IMG/VR virus record: IMGVR_UViG_3300022413_000014
Location: 1-55,978 of that record
From: a virus
Lineage: Duplodnaviria > Caudoviricetes
DNA: 55,978 bases
Direction: 5' to 3' (one strand)
The notes under the pieces are model-generated. The model was not told the DNA's origin and did not search any database. It worked only from the letters and a program-made list of their open reading frames with translations. Shown here in pieces: positions 29,101 through 38,477 of the stretch (position 1 is the first letter of the stretch; each line of letters begins with the position of its first letter). Both the position numbers and the translations under genes were made by a program.

Positions 29101-29170
29101 GCCCGTTCTGGCGGATCGTAATGGTGCGCTTGGCCCCTTGGGCCGAGGTCATGTACTTGGATGATGTCAT
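26141..29170 (-). CDS. Central tail tip/host-specificity protein (gpJ-like, Fn3)
   Basis: YG..RV, DPR...WS.NP..LYD.L, Fn3 motif DLSPGVYTFRVVALN. Confidence 0.8.
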   Translation of the reverse strand: MTSSKYMTSAQGAKRTITIRQNGLTSRITVTRADRLTRALRAGVAELQAEQSGTSQPRTYGYGYVRVDTEKVFREIDSSGALHLINTITADEIDGISAYVVFGSPSGSQGVVFPGDFPGNQGLIKNGIPQPEGTITSGRFSGTGVDGKGDPIGAKIIPRLGAPGQTFIQPFVDETDADSTFVGTGIAYTYSKWVFIQGRFEGDPEVTVLARLRKAVDPRTSTAGWSFNPYVQLYDLLTKDKAIGGAEIDPASIDSTTFSAGANWADMELDVPNVTRTALVTTDTNKSFANHLFEFNQGVTPFTYGDVVEVVASAGQSMPPNFSPGTRYHVIPIRHRINNFQFPAVALAASLNDALDGTYILQGTRTTDIDVRKVAEIRHMSGFTYKSNEVLSSVVQKILESCSASLYISDGKIAITQTSFPVSTETVTEDDILGAISLNNRLPSSERVTALTGIYNSALNLFTPKDYPTVDGGGIYQVLDNGKAAPGRFDLPFTGKAGVAQRQALIRLRRSRQERTVSFSGDLSLYRLSPGTIFTLDKPSLGLDVNTTFEVRDHTLFVEIADDVPTIGIDVTGRQLESSTFDLSASDEQLVEETRIPGIESPFNVGTPGNPLVTESLFSTSEGAGVRTLATVTWTPSEGGFVESYVVSYKEDADVNFTFLPKTPDLEVVIKDLSPGVYTFRVVALNTLGLESDFATTSNIEILGLSAPPSDPTGFNGQITLSAGIILQWDRSVDLDVRQGGVVEIRHQSDDAGGKSGDSRDLAIISGDAAVVQVPFVLGTYYIRFIDQTGNSSGFAEWSTDGVRPVPFGQTITGGVFDANNSTLDQITIQEDPTFPSTNPSNTLVEDDPNDWLTLPLEGGIDSITDIDTVTDIDAIPASNSVAPEGLYFFATNIDLSARARVLLESVVTTEVVDVATGIDSIDNIDLIPNIDAIGAGTAQVGQATAFIEARYSPDAAAADTFGPWERLESRIFNHRSWEFRLKAKSLVPTVNIRITELRIVARELPVDV

Positions 29171-29796
29171 CAGATGGCCTCACGGCAGACGACATCGAAT
29201 CCATGGATCACGGGCGACGACAGCGAGGCATCAACCGTATCGGTCAGGCGGAACAGGCAAAGCGGCGCTGAGAAACTGACCGAGTCGCCGCTGATGGTGC
29301 CTTCACGGATCGGCGGCCAGACGTCAATGGTGGCGTTGCCGGAGCCATCGGTGTCGACATCGGCGAGCACACGGTGCCAATGCGGGCGGTTGCTTGGCCC
29401 GACCTGAATGATGTCACCGACCAGCAGCCATCCGGTTTCTGAAACGGGCGCGCTGGTGACGATCAGCTCATCACTGCCGGCTTGGCCTGAGCCGTTGACG
29501 GTCGGTGATGACGGCACCGTCGAGGCCGTGCCCAGCGGGCTGGCATAGCCTGGAAAGGGGATGACAAAGGTCCCAACCGGGCCTTTCAGCGAATCCAGCG
29601 CGCCGATCACGGGTTGCGCCAGCGTCCGGTCGATCGAGCGATAGACCAGAGTGGCCTCCCACCAGGCCCCTTCATATTCCTGGACCTGCCCACGGCCGGT
29701 AAAGGGCGAGGCCTGAAAGGTGCTGGAATTGCGCGGGCGCACATTGATCTCGGCGACATCATTCAGCGGCAAATCGATGGGATAGCTGATGGCCAT
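29170..29796 (-). CDS. Distal tail protein
   Basis: SPFTG..QVQ.Y.G.WWEA; L.G..GTF; directly after tape measure. Confidence 0.7.
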   Translation of the reverse strand: MAISYPIDLPLNDVAEINVRPRNSSTFQASPFTGRGQVQEYEGAWWEATLVYRSIDRTLAQPVIGALDSLKGPVGTFVIPFPGYASPLGTASTVPSSPTVNGSGQAGSDELIVTSAPVSETGWLLVGDIIQVGPSNRPHWHRVLADVDTDGSGNATIDVWPPIREGTISGDSVSFSAPLCLFRLTDTVDASLSSPVIHGFDVVCREAI

Positions 29797-32700
29797 CAAA
29801 AGTCCCCGAGCAAGATGCGCTCGGCAGCGATGCCCGCGCGGAATTCGACCGAGGCGTCAAGTTCGAGCACCTGGCTGGTCAGGCGGTCAGTGGTCGAGCG
29901 ATCAACGCCCTCGATGATGAAGACCTTGGTCAAACTGCCGCCTAGGCCTGCCGCGCTGACACCGAGACCACGGGAGGTTTGCGTGAGCGGCAGGATCGCT
30001 TCCGGCCCGGCTTCACCGGCAAGGCCGAGGTCAGCGGTGCCGAGCACATTGTCGACGCCGCCGATCAGGGTCGGGGACGACAGCGTACCACCGGTCCTGA
30101 ATTCCTTGCCATCGGCATCGGGGCCGGACAGGGACACCGGGCCGGTGATCACGCCACCCTCGGCGAACAGCCCGCCGATCTTCTTGCCGATGCTCTTGAT
30201 GCCACCGCCGACCGACTTGGCAATGCCGCCGATGGCGCTGCCGACGCTACCGACCGAGCTGGTGATGCCGCCGAGGATGCCACCGACCGTGCCGGCGGCA
30301 CTGTTAGCAATGCTGATCACGGAATCGAAAGCGCTGGAGGCGGCACTGACAATCCCGCCAAAAGCACTAGCGGCGATTCCGACCAGCGAGCCAAGCGCGC
30401 TGCCGATCGCGCCCACGGCAGACTGGGCAATGCTAACTATGGCGCTAAAGGCCGAGGACGCGGCCGAGACGATGCCGCTAAAGACGCTTTGCGCGGTGCT
30501 AAGAATGGCACTGAAGGCTGACGTGAACGCGCTCAAGAGGGTGCTGATGATCCCTTGCAGCGCGCTGAGCATGGCGGAGGCGGCGGAGATGATGCCGCTC
30601 ATCACGCTTTGCACCAGGCTCAAGATCGCGGTGAAGGCCGAGGTGAAGGCGCTCAGCAACGTGCTGATGATGCCCTGCAAGGCGCTGAGCATGGCGGAGG
30701 CGGCGGAGATGATACCCGTGAGCACCGTTTGCGCGATACTAAGCACCGCGCTGAAGGCAGCGGTGAACGCGCTCAGGATGGTCGAGGCGATGGCGCTGAG
30801 CACGTCCAGCATCACCGAGGCGGCAGCCTGGATGGCGCTAAATACCGCTGTGACCACCGTCTGGATGGCGCTGAACGCCGCCGAGAACACTTCGACGATC
30901 AGGCTAACCGACGCGGTCAAGGCCTCGACCAGCAGGCCCGCAGCCGCCTTGATGACGTCAAAGGCTACGGTCGCCACGGTCGAGATCAGGCTGAACGCGG
31001 CCGAGAAGATGTTGCCGATAACGCTGACGATCCCGACCAGGGCGTCGACCATAAATTCGGCGGCCGAGACCACGGCGTCAAAGGCGAATTCCGCGACGTC
31101 GCTGATGGTGCCGAACACGTCGACGCCGGCCAGCTCCAACACGCCAAGGACGGCGACCACACCGAGGATAGCCAGACCGATCGGGCCTAGGAAGGCGAGG
31201 AAGCTGCTGGCGGCCGCGCTAATGCCGCCAAAGCTGCTGATGCCGGTCGAGCCCAGGATGCCAAAGCCGGATGAGATGCCGGGGATCAGGCTGGTGATCG
31301 ATGTCATTGACTCGAACAGGCCGGAACCGCCCGAGAAAATATTGATGATGCCGGTGACCGCGCTGATGGCAGCGTCACCCAGTCCGGTAAACTCAAGGCC
31401 AAAGAAATTAAACACGCCTTCGGCGATGCGCTCGATCTCATCGAAGTTGAACTTAAAGAACGTGCGGAAGGCCTCAATAACACCGCCGGCTTTCTTGCCG
31501 AAGATGTCTTCGAGACTTATGCCGATACCATCGAGGACTTGAATAACGTCATCGACGAAGTTGCCAATTTTCTCACCACTTTCGCCGCTGAAGTCCTCGA
31601 TGATGGTCGGTGCGCGCTCACCGAAGACCACCTCGATTTCATTGGCGACGTCTTCAATGACGTCAGGCAGTTGCTCGAAGGACTCATTGGCGGTCTGGGC
31701 GAAGGCCGCGACCTCGCCGCCGGCAAAGGAGGCGGCGAAGCCGAGCTGCTGGAGGTTGTCGGCGGTTTCCTCAGCCGCGCCCGAGCTATCACCGAGGATG
31801 TCAGAAAGCTCACCACCCTCTTCGTTCAGCCCGCCGAGGCTATCGGCAGCGTCATCAGCGCCTTCACTGAGCGCGCCCAGGTTTTCGCCGGCTTCCTCGG
31901 CCGCCTCGCCAAGGCCGATGACCGACTTGACCGAGTCCGGCAGGAAGTCGAGTAGACCCTTGATGCTTTCGAGCGCCTTGCCAAAGGCGTTGGTGATGGT
32001 GTCACCGAACTCCAGCACCGGCTGGATCGCATCCCTGATGGCATCGGCAAAGCCTTCGACAGCGTCTACGGCCTTATCGAACAGGTCGCTAAAGGCCTCG
32101 ATCGCATCACCGACATCGACCAGCTCCCCGATGCTTTCAACGGCATCTCCGATCGATTCCGCGACCTCCTTGGCAAAGTCCACCAACGGATTGTCGGTAA
32201 ACAGACCGTTGAAGGTCGCGATGATGCCTTCGACCGCATCCAGCTCGCCGAACTTGGTGAGGACCTCACCGATCGAGGCGACGACGTCATCAACGAAGAC
32301 AGCGACGGGATTGTCATCAAATAGCCCGGCGAAGTTGTCGATGATCTGCTTGATGCCATCGAACTCGGTGAAGCCCTCGATGATATTGGCGATCGAAAGC
32401 AGGATCGATGCGCCGAATGCCTCTAATGGGTTGCCCTCGAATAGCCCTAGGAAGGCCTCGACAAAGCTGTCAGCGGCCGCCAGCTGGGAAATGACGTCGA
32501 TGACGTTGGAAACGGTCTCTAGAACGCCCTCACCAAAGCCGGCGATGATCTCGCCAGACGTTTCAAAGAGCCCACCGAAGGTGGCAAGAATCTGCTGGAC
32601 GCCGTCGAGCTGCTTAAAGTCCTCGACGATGCCGTTGAGCGTAGTCTTAACCTGGGACCCGAAACTGGTGAACGGCGTGGTGATCCCGAGAATGCCCGTC

Positions 32701-33725
32701 CCGAATTCAACCGCTTTCTTGGTCAGGTCGAAGAAAAACTCATCAAGGGCCTCAAAAGGTCCCTTCAGGTCGATCAGGCCGCCCGATAGCTTCTTGAGCC
32801 CGTCAAGGATCTCGCCGCCAATGAGGTCGGCTAACGGCCCGAAGGAAATGCCCGTCTCTGCGACGTTATCGGCCAACGTTCCGAACGCTGTGGCCAGGCC
32901 GTCCAGGAGCTTTGTAAGCCCACCGGTGACGCCGGTGGCCTGGCTAACAATACCAACCAGGCGGATTAGCTCATTCGAGAACGCAGCGCCCGCCTGAGGC
33001 AGGGATCGACCCAAGCGCTCTGCCGTTGCGTCGACCTCTTCTCTTAGGAGCGCGAAGGCCTTGACCATCACCTCGCCGGTGATCCTGCCCTCTTCACCTA
33101 GCTGACGAAGGCTCTCGACCGGTTCCCCAAGGACTTCGGCGAGCGCTTCGGACAGCTTCGGGAAGACCTCAAGGACGGTCTTTAGCTCATCACCGTCAAG
33201 CTTGCCCTTGGAGAAAGCCTGAGCGAGCTGCGTGGTCGCCGCTGCGGCTGCCTCTGATGATCCGGCAAAGGTGCCAAGCGCCTTGACGATGCCGCCGACA
33301 AGCACGATCGTCTCACTGGTCGAAAGCCCCAGGCTCTTGGTGGCTACGCTGTATTGTTTGAAGGCCTCGGCGACCTGAACCACGCCGACGCCGGCATCAT
33401 TGGCGATGTCAACGAGCTGGTCGACGACTTCATTCGCTTGGGTAATATTGGGAATGACCGTGCCGACCGCACGTTCGACCTGCTGCCATGACGTGGCATA
33501 ATCAATAATCTTCTTGACTGCCCCGACCGTGACGATGGTAGCGATGATGCCTTTGATATTGGTGAGGATGCCGCTGGTCTTCTGCGCGGAAGTCCCGGTT
33601 TTTTCGAAGCCATCATCAAGGTCGTCGAGGCCAGTGCCCTTGCCGAGCCCGTCGAGATCCTTATTGATCTGCTGGATTTGCTGCCGTAACCGGGCAACGT
33701 CGAGTTCGACAACAATTGTCGCCAT
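29796..33725 (-). CDS. Tape measure protein
   Basis: 1309 aa, Ala/Gly/Ser-rich amphipathic repeats; QLAQAFSKGKLDGDELKTVLE N-terminal motif. Confidence 0.92.
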   Translation of the reverse strand: MATIVVELDVARLRQQIQQINKDLDGLGKGTGLDDLDDGFEKTGTSAQKTSGILTNIKGIIATIVTVGAVKKIIDYATSWQQVERAVGTVIPNITQANEVVDQLVDIANDAGVGVVQVAEAFKQYSVATKSLGLSTSETIVLVGGIVKALGTFAGSSEAAAAATTQLAQAFSKGKLDGDELKTVLEVFPKLSEALAEVLGEPVESLRQLGEEGRITGEVMVKAFALLREEVDATAERLGRSLPQAGAAFSNELIRLVGIVSQATGVTGGLTKLLDGLATAFGTLADNVAETGISFGPLADLIGGEILDGLKKLSGGLIDLKGPFEALDEFFFDLTKKAVEFGTGILGITTPFTSFGSQVKTTLNGIVEDFKQLDGVQQILATFGGLFETSGEIIAGFGEGVLETVSNVIDVISQLAAADSFVEAFLGLFEGNPLEAFGASILLSIANIIEGFTEFDGIKQIIDNFAGLFDDNPVAVFVDDVVASIGEVLTKFGELDAVEGIIATFNGLFTDNPLVDFAKEVAESIGDAVESIGELVDVGDAIEAFSDLFDKAVDAVEGFADAIRDAIQPVLEFGDTITNAFGKALESIKGLLDFLPDSVKSVIGLGEAAEEAGENLGALSEGADDAADSLGGLNEEGGELSDILGDSSGAAEETADNLQQLGFAASFAGGEVAAFAQTANESFEQLPDVIEDVANEIEVVFGERAPTIIEDFSGESGEKIGNFVDDVIQVLDGIGISLEDIFGKKAGGVIEAFRTFFKFNFDEIERIAEGVFNFFGLEFTGLGDAAISAVTGIINIFSGGSGLFESMTSITSLIPGISSGFGILGSTGISSFGGISAAASSFLAFLGPIGLAILGVVAVLGVLELAGVDVFGTISDVAEFAFDAVVSAAEFMVDALVGIVSVIGNIFSAAFSLISTVATVAFDVIKAAAGLLVEALTASVSLIVEVFSAAFSAIQTVVTAVFSAIQAAASVMLDVLSAIASTILSAFTAAFSAVLSIAQTVLTGIISAASAMLSALQGIISTLLSAFTSAFTAILSLVQSVMSGIISAASAMLSALQGIISTLLSAFTSAFSAILSTAQSVFSGIVSAASSAFSAIVSIAQSAVGAIGSALGSLVGIAASAFGGIVSAASSAFDSVISIANSAAGTVGGILGGITSSVGSVGSAIGGIAKSVGGGIKSIGKKIGGLFAEGGVITGPVSLSGPDADGKEFRTGGTLSSPTLIGGVDNVLGTADLGLAGEAGPEAILPLTQTSRGLGVSAAGLGGSLTKVFIIEGVDRSTTDRLTSQVLELDASVEFRAGIAAERILLGDF

Positions 33726-33727
33726 GG

Positions 33728-34114
33728 TTAGGTCACCCTAGTGAAGCGGGCATTGATCCGGGTGGCGACTGGCTCGGTGACGCCTTGCGGGGCCTGGCTA
33801 GATGAACCGGCATCCAGATAAATCGCGTAGTCGACACCATTGGCGAAGAAGATGTTGCCGTTGGCGATCGTCCAGGTGCCACCAAAGCCGCGATGGCCGT
33901 AGGTGCGGTTGGGATCACGACTGCCGCGAACACTGCCGTTGGGCGAGCCGAAGGACTTGTTCCAGTTCGAACGGAAAAAGCCGGTATCGACCGGTGAGTC
34001 AGCCAGGACTTCGGTCCCGGTCGATCCTTCGATTTGGCGGACGATGGCTTCGACTTCGTCGGTCACTCTGGCGATGTCTTGAGCAACGCCAGTAACGGTC
34101 ACCTTGGCGGGCAT
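33728..34114 (-). CDS. HK97 gp10-like tail completion protein
   Basis: SPVDTGFFRSNW...N.V.YA..L..GSS.QAP.G. Confidence 0.8.
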   Translation of the reverse strand: MPAKVTVTGVAQDIARVTDEVEAIVRQIEGSTGTEVLADSPVDTGFFRSNWNKSFGSPNGSVRGSRDPNRTYGHRGFGGTWTIANGNIFFANGVDYAIYLDAGSSSQAPQGVTEPVATRINARFTRVT

Positions 34115-34117
34115 GGG

Positions 34118-34531
34118 CTAACCCCTGATGTCGTAAATCAGGCGCACGCTGACGCGTGATTGGGCATACCCGCTGACGGTGTTGCCGAAGTCGCGCTTGC
34201 TCAACCGTTCCTTGCGACCGCTATTTGGCAATATTAACCAATTGATGGTTTCGCGGACGTCGTCGGCGATCTGTTCGACCTGCAGCAGGTCTTCACCGGT
34301 GGGCACGTAGATGTCGACGGTGAAGAGTACGGTCTGGGTGACCGCCTTGCCGATCGCCTCATAACGGCCTTCCTGCTCGGCATAGATCACCTGCAAATAA
34401 GCTTCATCAGGCGGCGGCAGGTCTTGCGAGCGCGCAAAGACGATGTTGGCAACCGGGAATGATGGACGAACGGTCTGAAAGCCGCTTAGGAACCCTGAGA
34501 GAACGGCGGTTCGAAAGGTCTCATAGGACAT
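34118..34531 (-). CDS. Tail terminator-like protein
   Basis: Position; VDIYVPTGE...A pattern. Confidence 0.6.
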   Translation of the reverse strand: MSYETFRTAVLSGFLSGFQTVRPSFPVANIVFARSQDLPPPDEAYLQVIYAEQEGRYEAIGKAVTQTVLFTVDIYVPTGEDLLQVEQIADDVRETINWLILPNSGRKERLSKRDFGNTVSGYAQSRVSVRLIYDIRG

Positions 34532-34532
34532 G

Positions 34533-34907
34533 TCACCGCTCCGTCGATATCAGGAGCGTGTAAAGGACCTCGATGTTGCCGGGCTTCAGCGGCAGGATCT
34601 CCGCGACGCCGTAGATAACGCCCTCGTCCTCGATCTTGTCTCCCTTGCTGGGGGTGAGCGTGATCTCATTGGGTGAGATCAACGCTTTCTTGGTGAACTC
34701 GATTTGCGGCCAGGCCTGGTGATCGGCGCTCGTGCTATCGAGGATTACGCCGGTCACGGTGACCGCTGGAGCCGGCTGGCGGCCGCGCCAGGGCTCGCCC
34801 GGCGAAATCTCGACGGTGCCGCCAGGACGATAGGAAATCGAGCGCCCGAATTCGGTGATCAGATCCTCGGCGTCGGCGGCAAGTTCAGTGTAAAACGCAT
34901 CGGTCAT
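34533..34907 (-). CDS. Head-closure/head-tail joining protein
   Basis: FY.ELA..A..LI.EFGR...P..GD.I...PLKPG. Confidence 0.65.
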   Translation of the reverse strand: MTDAFYTELAADAEDLITEFGRSISYRPGGTVEISPGEPWRGRQPAPAVTVTGVILDSTSADHQAWPQIEFTKKALISPNEITLTPSKGDKIEDEGVIYGVAEILPLKPGNIEVLYTLLISTER

Positions 34908-34910
34908 GCG

Positions 34911-35534
34911 TCAGTACCGCACGAAGCGTGATGCGCCCGATCCGCCCGCCTTGAGCCATCGGCGCAGGAGCGTGACCACCGCCGGGAATTCCTGAATCGA
35001 GACGCCGTTTAGGGTGGTAGCGGTGGGCAGGCGATGAACGCCGCCGATTGCGCCGCCATAGGTCTTTTGCGTCTCGATCACATCGACCTTTTTCCTGACG
35101 CTGACCAACGGGCCGTCAGTGACATCGGCGGTGACACCATCGGCGTCGGCGACCGGATAGGGCGACGGCGGATCAGGCAGGAGTCGATCCAGGCCTTGGG
35201 CGCGCTCTGCTAGCTCGATGGTGGCGCGCACGACCCCTGTCGGCACACCCGTGACAAGCTCCCCCAGCTCGTCATAGACGTAATCGCGTGGCCATGAGAG
35301 GGCTTGCGATGACGTCATGGGCGTACCGACAAAGGACCGGCCCCAGCGCTGCTCGATATAATCGGTCGCGCGGATCAGAAGGGCTTCGATCTGCTCCTCG
35401 GTAAGATTTTGCAGGATGGTGCGGTGGCGGCCAGCCGCATAGTCGCGCGCCTGGTCTGGATCGGCGTAGGAATTGGCATTCGGCAGGCCCGCACCGAGTT
35501 CATGAACGAGATCGACCTCGAAGGTGACGGTCAT
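34911..35534 (-). CDS. Head-tail adaptor (family often labelled DnaT-like)
   Basis: ANSYA...Y...R...LIRATDYIE...QALSWPR...ELA. Confidence 0.75.
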   Translation of the reverse strand: MTVTFEVDLVHELGAGLPNANSYADPDQARDYAAGRHRTILQNLTEEQIEALLIRATDYIEQRWGRSFVGTPMTSSQALSWPRDYVYDELGELVTGVPTGVVRATIELAERAQGLDRLLPDPPSPYPVADADGVTADVTDGPLVSVRKKVDVIETQKTYGGAIGGVHRLPTATTLNGVSIQEFPAVVTLLRRWLKAGGSGASRFVRY

Positions 35535-35926
35535 TTGGTGACATCCTGCTTGATGCGCCAACGACCCTTGGCGATGGTCTTGATGACACCGAGCGCCGCA
35601 TCGTCCTCGTCATAGGTCATCTCGATATCGTAGAAATACGCGCCGGCGGTGGCGGCAGCATCGCCTGCGCTTAAGGGAAAGCGGATCTTGCCGGCTTCGG
35701 CGTCGACGATCTCGCCGGTCAGCTCATAGATCTCATTGACGTCTGATGTCGGTTCGCTGCTCGGGTCGACGGCCAGGCGGAAGGTGCGCCCGGTGACGTC
35801 GATGACGGTCATGGTGCGGTCGACGAGCTGATAGTTTTGCGGTGACGTGTCGCCACGGCTCCGCTGGACGTTGACCCTTGATGGCTTGTCACCAATGACG
35901 ATCAGCAGGGGGTTGATTTCCGCCAC
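35531..35926 (-). CDS. BppU-like structural protein
   Basis: RGDT...DVTG..F...DAEAGKI...GAYFYDIE...G...I..DVT. Confidence 0.6.
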   Translation of the reverse strand: MAEINPLLIVIGDKPSRVNVQRSRGDTSPQNYQLVDRTMTVIDVTGRTFRLAVDPSSEPTSDVNEIYELTGEIVDAEAGKIRFPLSAGDAAATAGAYFYDIEMTYDEDDAALGVIKTIAKGRWRIKQDVTK

Positions 35927-35943
35927 GCCGATCTCCCGTCAGT

Positions 35944-36576
35944 TTATGTCTTTTCCAGCAGGAAGCCATCGGGCCGGTTTGTCCCAAACGCGCGCCGATC
36001 TTTCATCGCCTCGTCCAGCGGGGATCGCCTGCGCGCATGGCGCTCATGAACCGCATGGCGGGCACGGCGCTCGCTGGCTTCGCGTGATCGGGCCGTGTAT
36101 TCCATGACCGCCTCTTGTGGCTTCACCGCCGGGAACAGCGCCTGATAGGCCATGGTCAAGAGCCGTTCTTGGCCGGAAAGCGCCGAGAGTTCGCGAATGG
36201 CTTCATCACGTGCGGCCGTAGCCTCAACGGTTTTTTGCCGGATATCGGCAATCGCCGCCTTCAGCTTTTGCTTTTCCTCGCCTTCGACGGCCGCGTCCGG
36301 CCGCTCGATGTCGCCCTCGGTCTTGGCAACGCGATTTGTCACCTTTTCCGGCTCGATCACCACAGGCTCGGGAACCGTTTCCAAGCGCATAAGGTCAGGG
36401 GCGAACCTGATGACGTCGGCACGCGTGGCATCATCGACGCCAGACAGTTCGCGGACGACGTCGATGCGCGGCTTGCCGCCGCTGGTCCAATGCTCTGCAT
36501 TGCCATGGTCAAGCTGGTTCAGCCCGGCCTCAATCTGTTGACGGCGAGTCATCATGGGCTCCTTAGTCATCGCCAA
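35944..36576 (-). CDS. Hypothetical protein in head module
   Basis: LD..N.EHWT.GGKP motif plus coiled coil. Confidence 0.65.
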   Translation of the reverse strand: MAMTKEPMMTRRQQIEAGLNQLDHGNAEHWTSGGKPRIDVVRELSGVDDATRADVIRFAPDLMRLETVPEPVVIEPEKVTNRVAKTEGDIERPDAAVEGEEKQKLKAAIADIRQKTVEATAARDEAIRELSALSGQERLLTMAYQALFPAVKPQEAVMEYTARSREASERRARHAVHERHARRRSPLDEAMKDRRAFGTNRPDGFLLEKT

Positions 36577-37066
36577 GAGCGACGACGGCTAGGGTCACAT
36601 AGCCGGTCACCGTCACGGCAACGCCATCGGCCGAGATGTCGGCGTCATCAACTAGCAAGTTGAGGTTGACCTCGCCGGTGCCTGCGGAATTGTCGATCAC
36701 CGCCGGGGTGGTGACATCGGCGGCCGCTGAGGCGACGCCAGCCGTCGCTGGGCCAAGCGCGGTCGAACCGACGAGATCGACATCAGCCGCCGTGATCGTG
36801 CCGTCATCAGCGGGCGTGGTGCCGATACCAAAGTCACCTGACCAGGTGTCGCTCATGCCAGCGTCAGCCTCGGTGAAGGTGAGGTCGGCGCGACCTCCAA
36901 GAAAGAGCAAATGGGCTTCCGGCAAACCGGCGATGGCCGCTGAGCCAAAGCCAATGCCCGTAGCCCCGTCAACGGTGATCGTGGTGTTGACGGTAGCTCG
37001 AACAGCGACCGAAGCCTGCTGCAGCGCGTTGCCGCGCGAAATGGAGCGAGAAAGTCCCTTAGTCAT
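36563..37066 (-). CDS. Putative capsid decoration/virion protein
   Basis: GGAGG SD; follows capsid gene; Ala/Thr/Gly-rich. Confidence 0.6.
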   Translation of the reverse strand: MTKGLSRSISRGNALQQASVAVRATVNTTITVDGATGIGFGSAAIAGLPEAHLLFLGGRADLTFTEADAGMSDTWSGDFGIGTTPADDGTITAADVDLVGSTALGPATAGVASAAADVTTPAVIDNSAGTGEVNLNLLVDDADISADGVAVTVTGYVTLAVVALGDD

Positions 37067-37123
37067 CGGCCGTGCCTCCAAAGGCGCGGCTCTCCCCCGT
37101 AAAGAGGAGAGCCGCTTTCATCA

Positions 37124-38323
37124 TCAGGATTCGCGCGTGATCAGGCGGGTGATCTTGATCTGCTTGCGCTGCGGGAAGACACGCTGCCAGCTGGCGACAT
37201 GCGACAGGCCACCGGTCGAGTTGTCGTTGATCGGACCACCGACAGGCGGCGAAGCGATCTGGAAGGCGTGGCCGGACGGGTGGACCATCCACTCAACGCG
37301 GTTGGTCAGCACCTCTTGGCCAGCACCGTTGCCGGCAAGCTCTTCACGGTGGATCGCGGTCGGCACGGCAGGATCGGCGGTACCATAGCGGAAGGCATCA
37401 CGCCCCAGCAGCCAGGTGTGATAGATGCCGGCGGCGGTCTGGGCACCGAGCGTGGTGTCGCCAGCCGGGTTGGGCATCGTGTCATCCTGGATCAGCCGGC
37501 GGCCCTGGAAGGTCGGGATACGCACGGCGAGGCCGTTGATGCTGTCGGGCACGAAGTCGATCAGGTTGTTCTTCCTGAGCGTTGCCATCACGGTCGAATG
37601 CACCATCATCGCCACGATGTCGTCCGAGCTGTCGCCCATCAGCGCCAGGGTGTCGATGACGTTCTCAGCCTGAATGTTGGTGGTGCCGTCGATGAAGCCG
37701 CCACCCGAGACATCATTGGTGAGATCACCTTGAACATGCTCGGAACCGGCGGGAGCGGCATCATTGTCATTGAAGATGCCCTGCGCGGTCGCGACCATGA
37801 CTTTCTGCAGACGGATGCGCCACCAATCGGCCTGAAGGTCCACAATCGCGTCCATGGCATCGTCGCCGGCAAGACGCGATGCCAGGTCGTTCGCGGTCCA
37901 GGATTTGTTACGGCTAAGACGGACGGCGGTTTCCAAGCTGGACTGGATCTTGGCCGGCACCGAGTCGCCGCGTGCGGTGGCCGCAAGAATGGCACCGGTA
38001 AGGCCGGAACCGAGGGACGCGCCTGACGTCAGCGCATCGAAGATCTCGCCAGCAATGCCGCCGCCGGTCAGGCGCAGAATGTCTGCCGTGGCATCGGTCG
38101 AGACGTTTTCAGGGTCGGAACCGTCGAGCGGCTGCCAGCTGGGAATCTGGAACAGCACGCCGCCGCCTTGCTGGCTGGCGTTGCCTTCGAGAAGATTGTC
38201 GAGGAAGGGGTCGCGCGCCACGACACCGGCTTGGAGAAGGTTCCATTTTTCCTCGGTGCGCTGACGCACGTAAGAAGAAAAGGTTTCCGGGGTGACGACG
38301 TCTTCAATACGGGTCGTAGGCAT
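37124..38323 (-). CDS. Major capsid protein
   Basis: MPTTRIEDVVTPETFSSYV, RNKSW..NDL...LAG.D, HPSG..F; downstream of scaffold. Confidence 0.88.
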   Translation of the reverse strand: MPTTRIEDVVTPETFSSYVRQRTEEKWNLLQAGVVARDPFLDNLLEGNASQQGGGVLFQIPSWQPLDGSDPENVSTDATADILRLTGGGIAGEIFDALTSGASLGSGLTGAILAATARGDSVPAKIQSSLETAVRLSRNKSWTANDLASRLAGDDAMDAIVDLQADWWRIRLQKVMVATAQGIFNDNDAAPAGSEHVQGDLTNDVSGGGFIDGTTNIQAENVIDTLALMGDSSDDIVAMMVHSTVMATLRKNNLIDFVPDSINGLAVRIPTFQGRRLIQDDTMPNPAGDTTLGAQTAAGIYHTWLLGRDAFRYGTADPAVPTAIHREELAGNGAGQEVLTNRVEWMVHPSGHAFQIASPPVGGPINDNSTGGLSHVASWQRVFPQRKQIKITRLITRES

Positions 38324-38361
38324 GGCTACTGGCTCCGATGAGGTTCAAACGACCAGCAGTC

Positions 38362-38470
38362 AGCGCCCATGCGCTTTAGCCGGATGGTTCAAATCCTTCG
38401 GACGCCCATGCGCCTTAGGATGTCAGATGATGAGACGGCCCCATGGCCGGTCGCGGCACCCATGCGCCGC
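38362..38470 (-). promoter_or_regulatory. Array of four hairpins with identical AUGG loop in the capsid leader
   Basis: Stems at 38362-38375, 38401-38414, 38436-38449, 38453-38470, all C-AUGG-G on the minus strand. Confidence 0.65.
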
Positions 38471-38477
38471 TAGAGGG

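Noticed and set aside
30520-30720. 120-bp near-perfect tandem duplication
   Set aside because: Ordinary tape-measure repeat expansion, in frame; not CRISPR or a DGR template/variable pair
29614-32997. Long plus-strand ORFs (642 and 478 aa) opposite the tape measure gene
   Set aside because: Typical antisense shadows of a GC-biased repetitive gene; no recognisable motif
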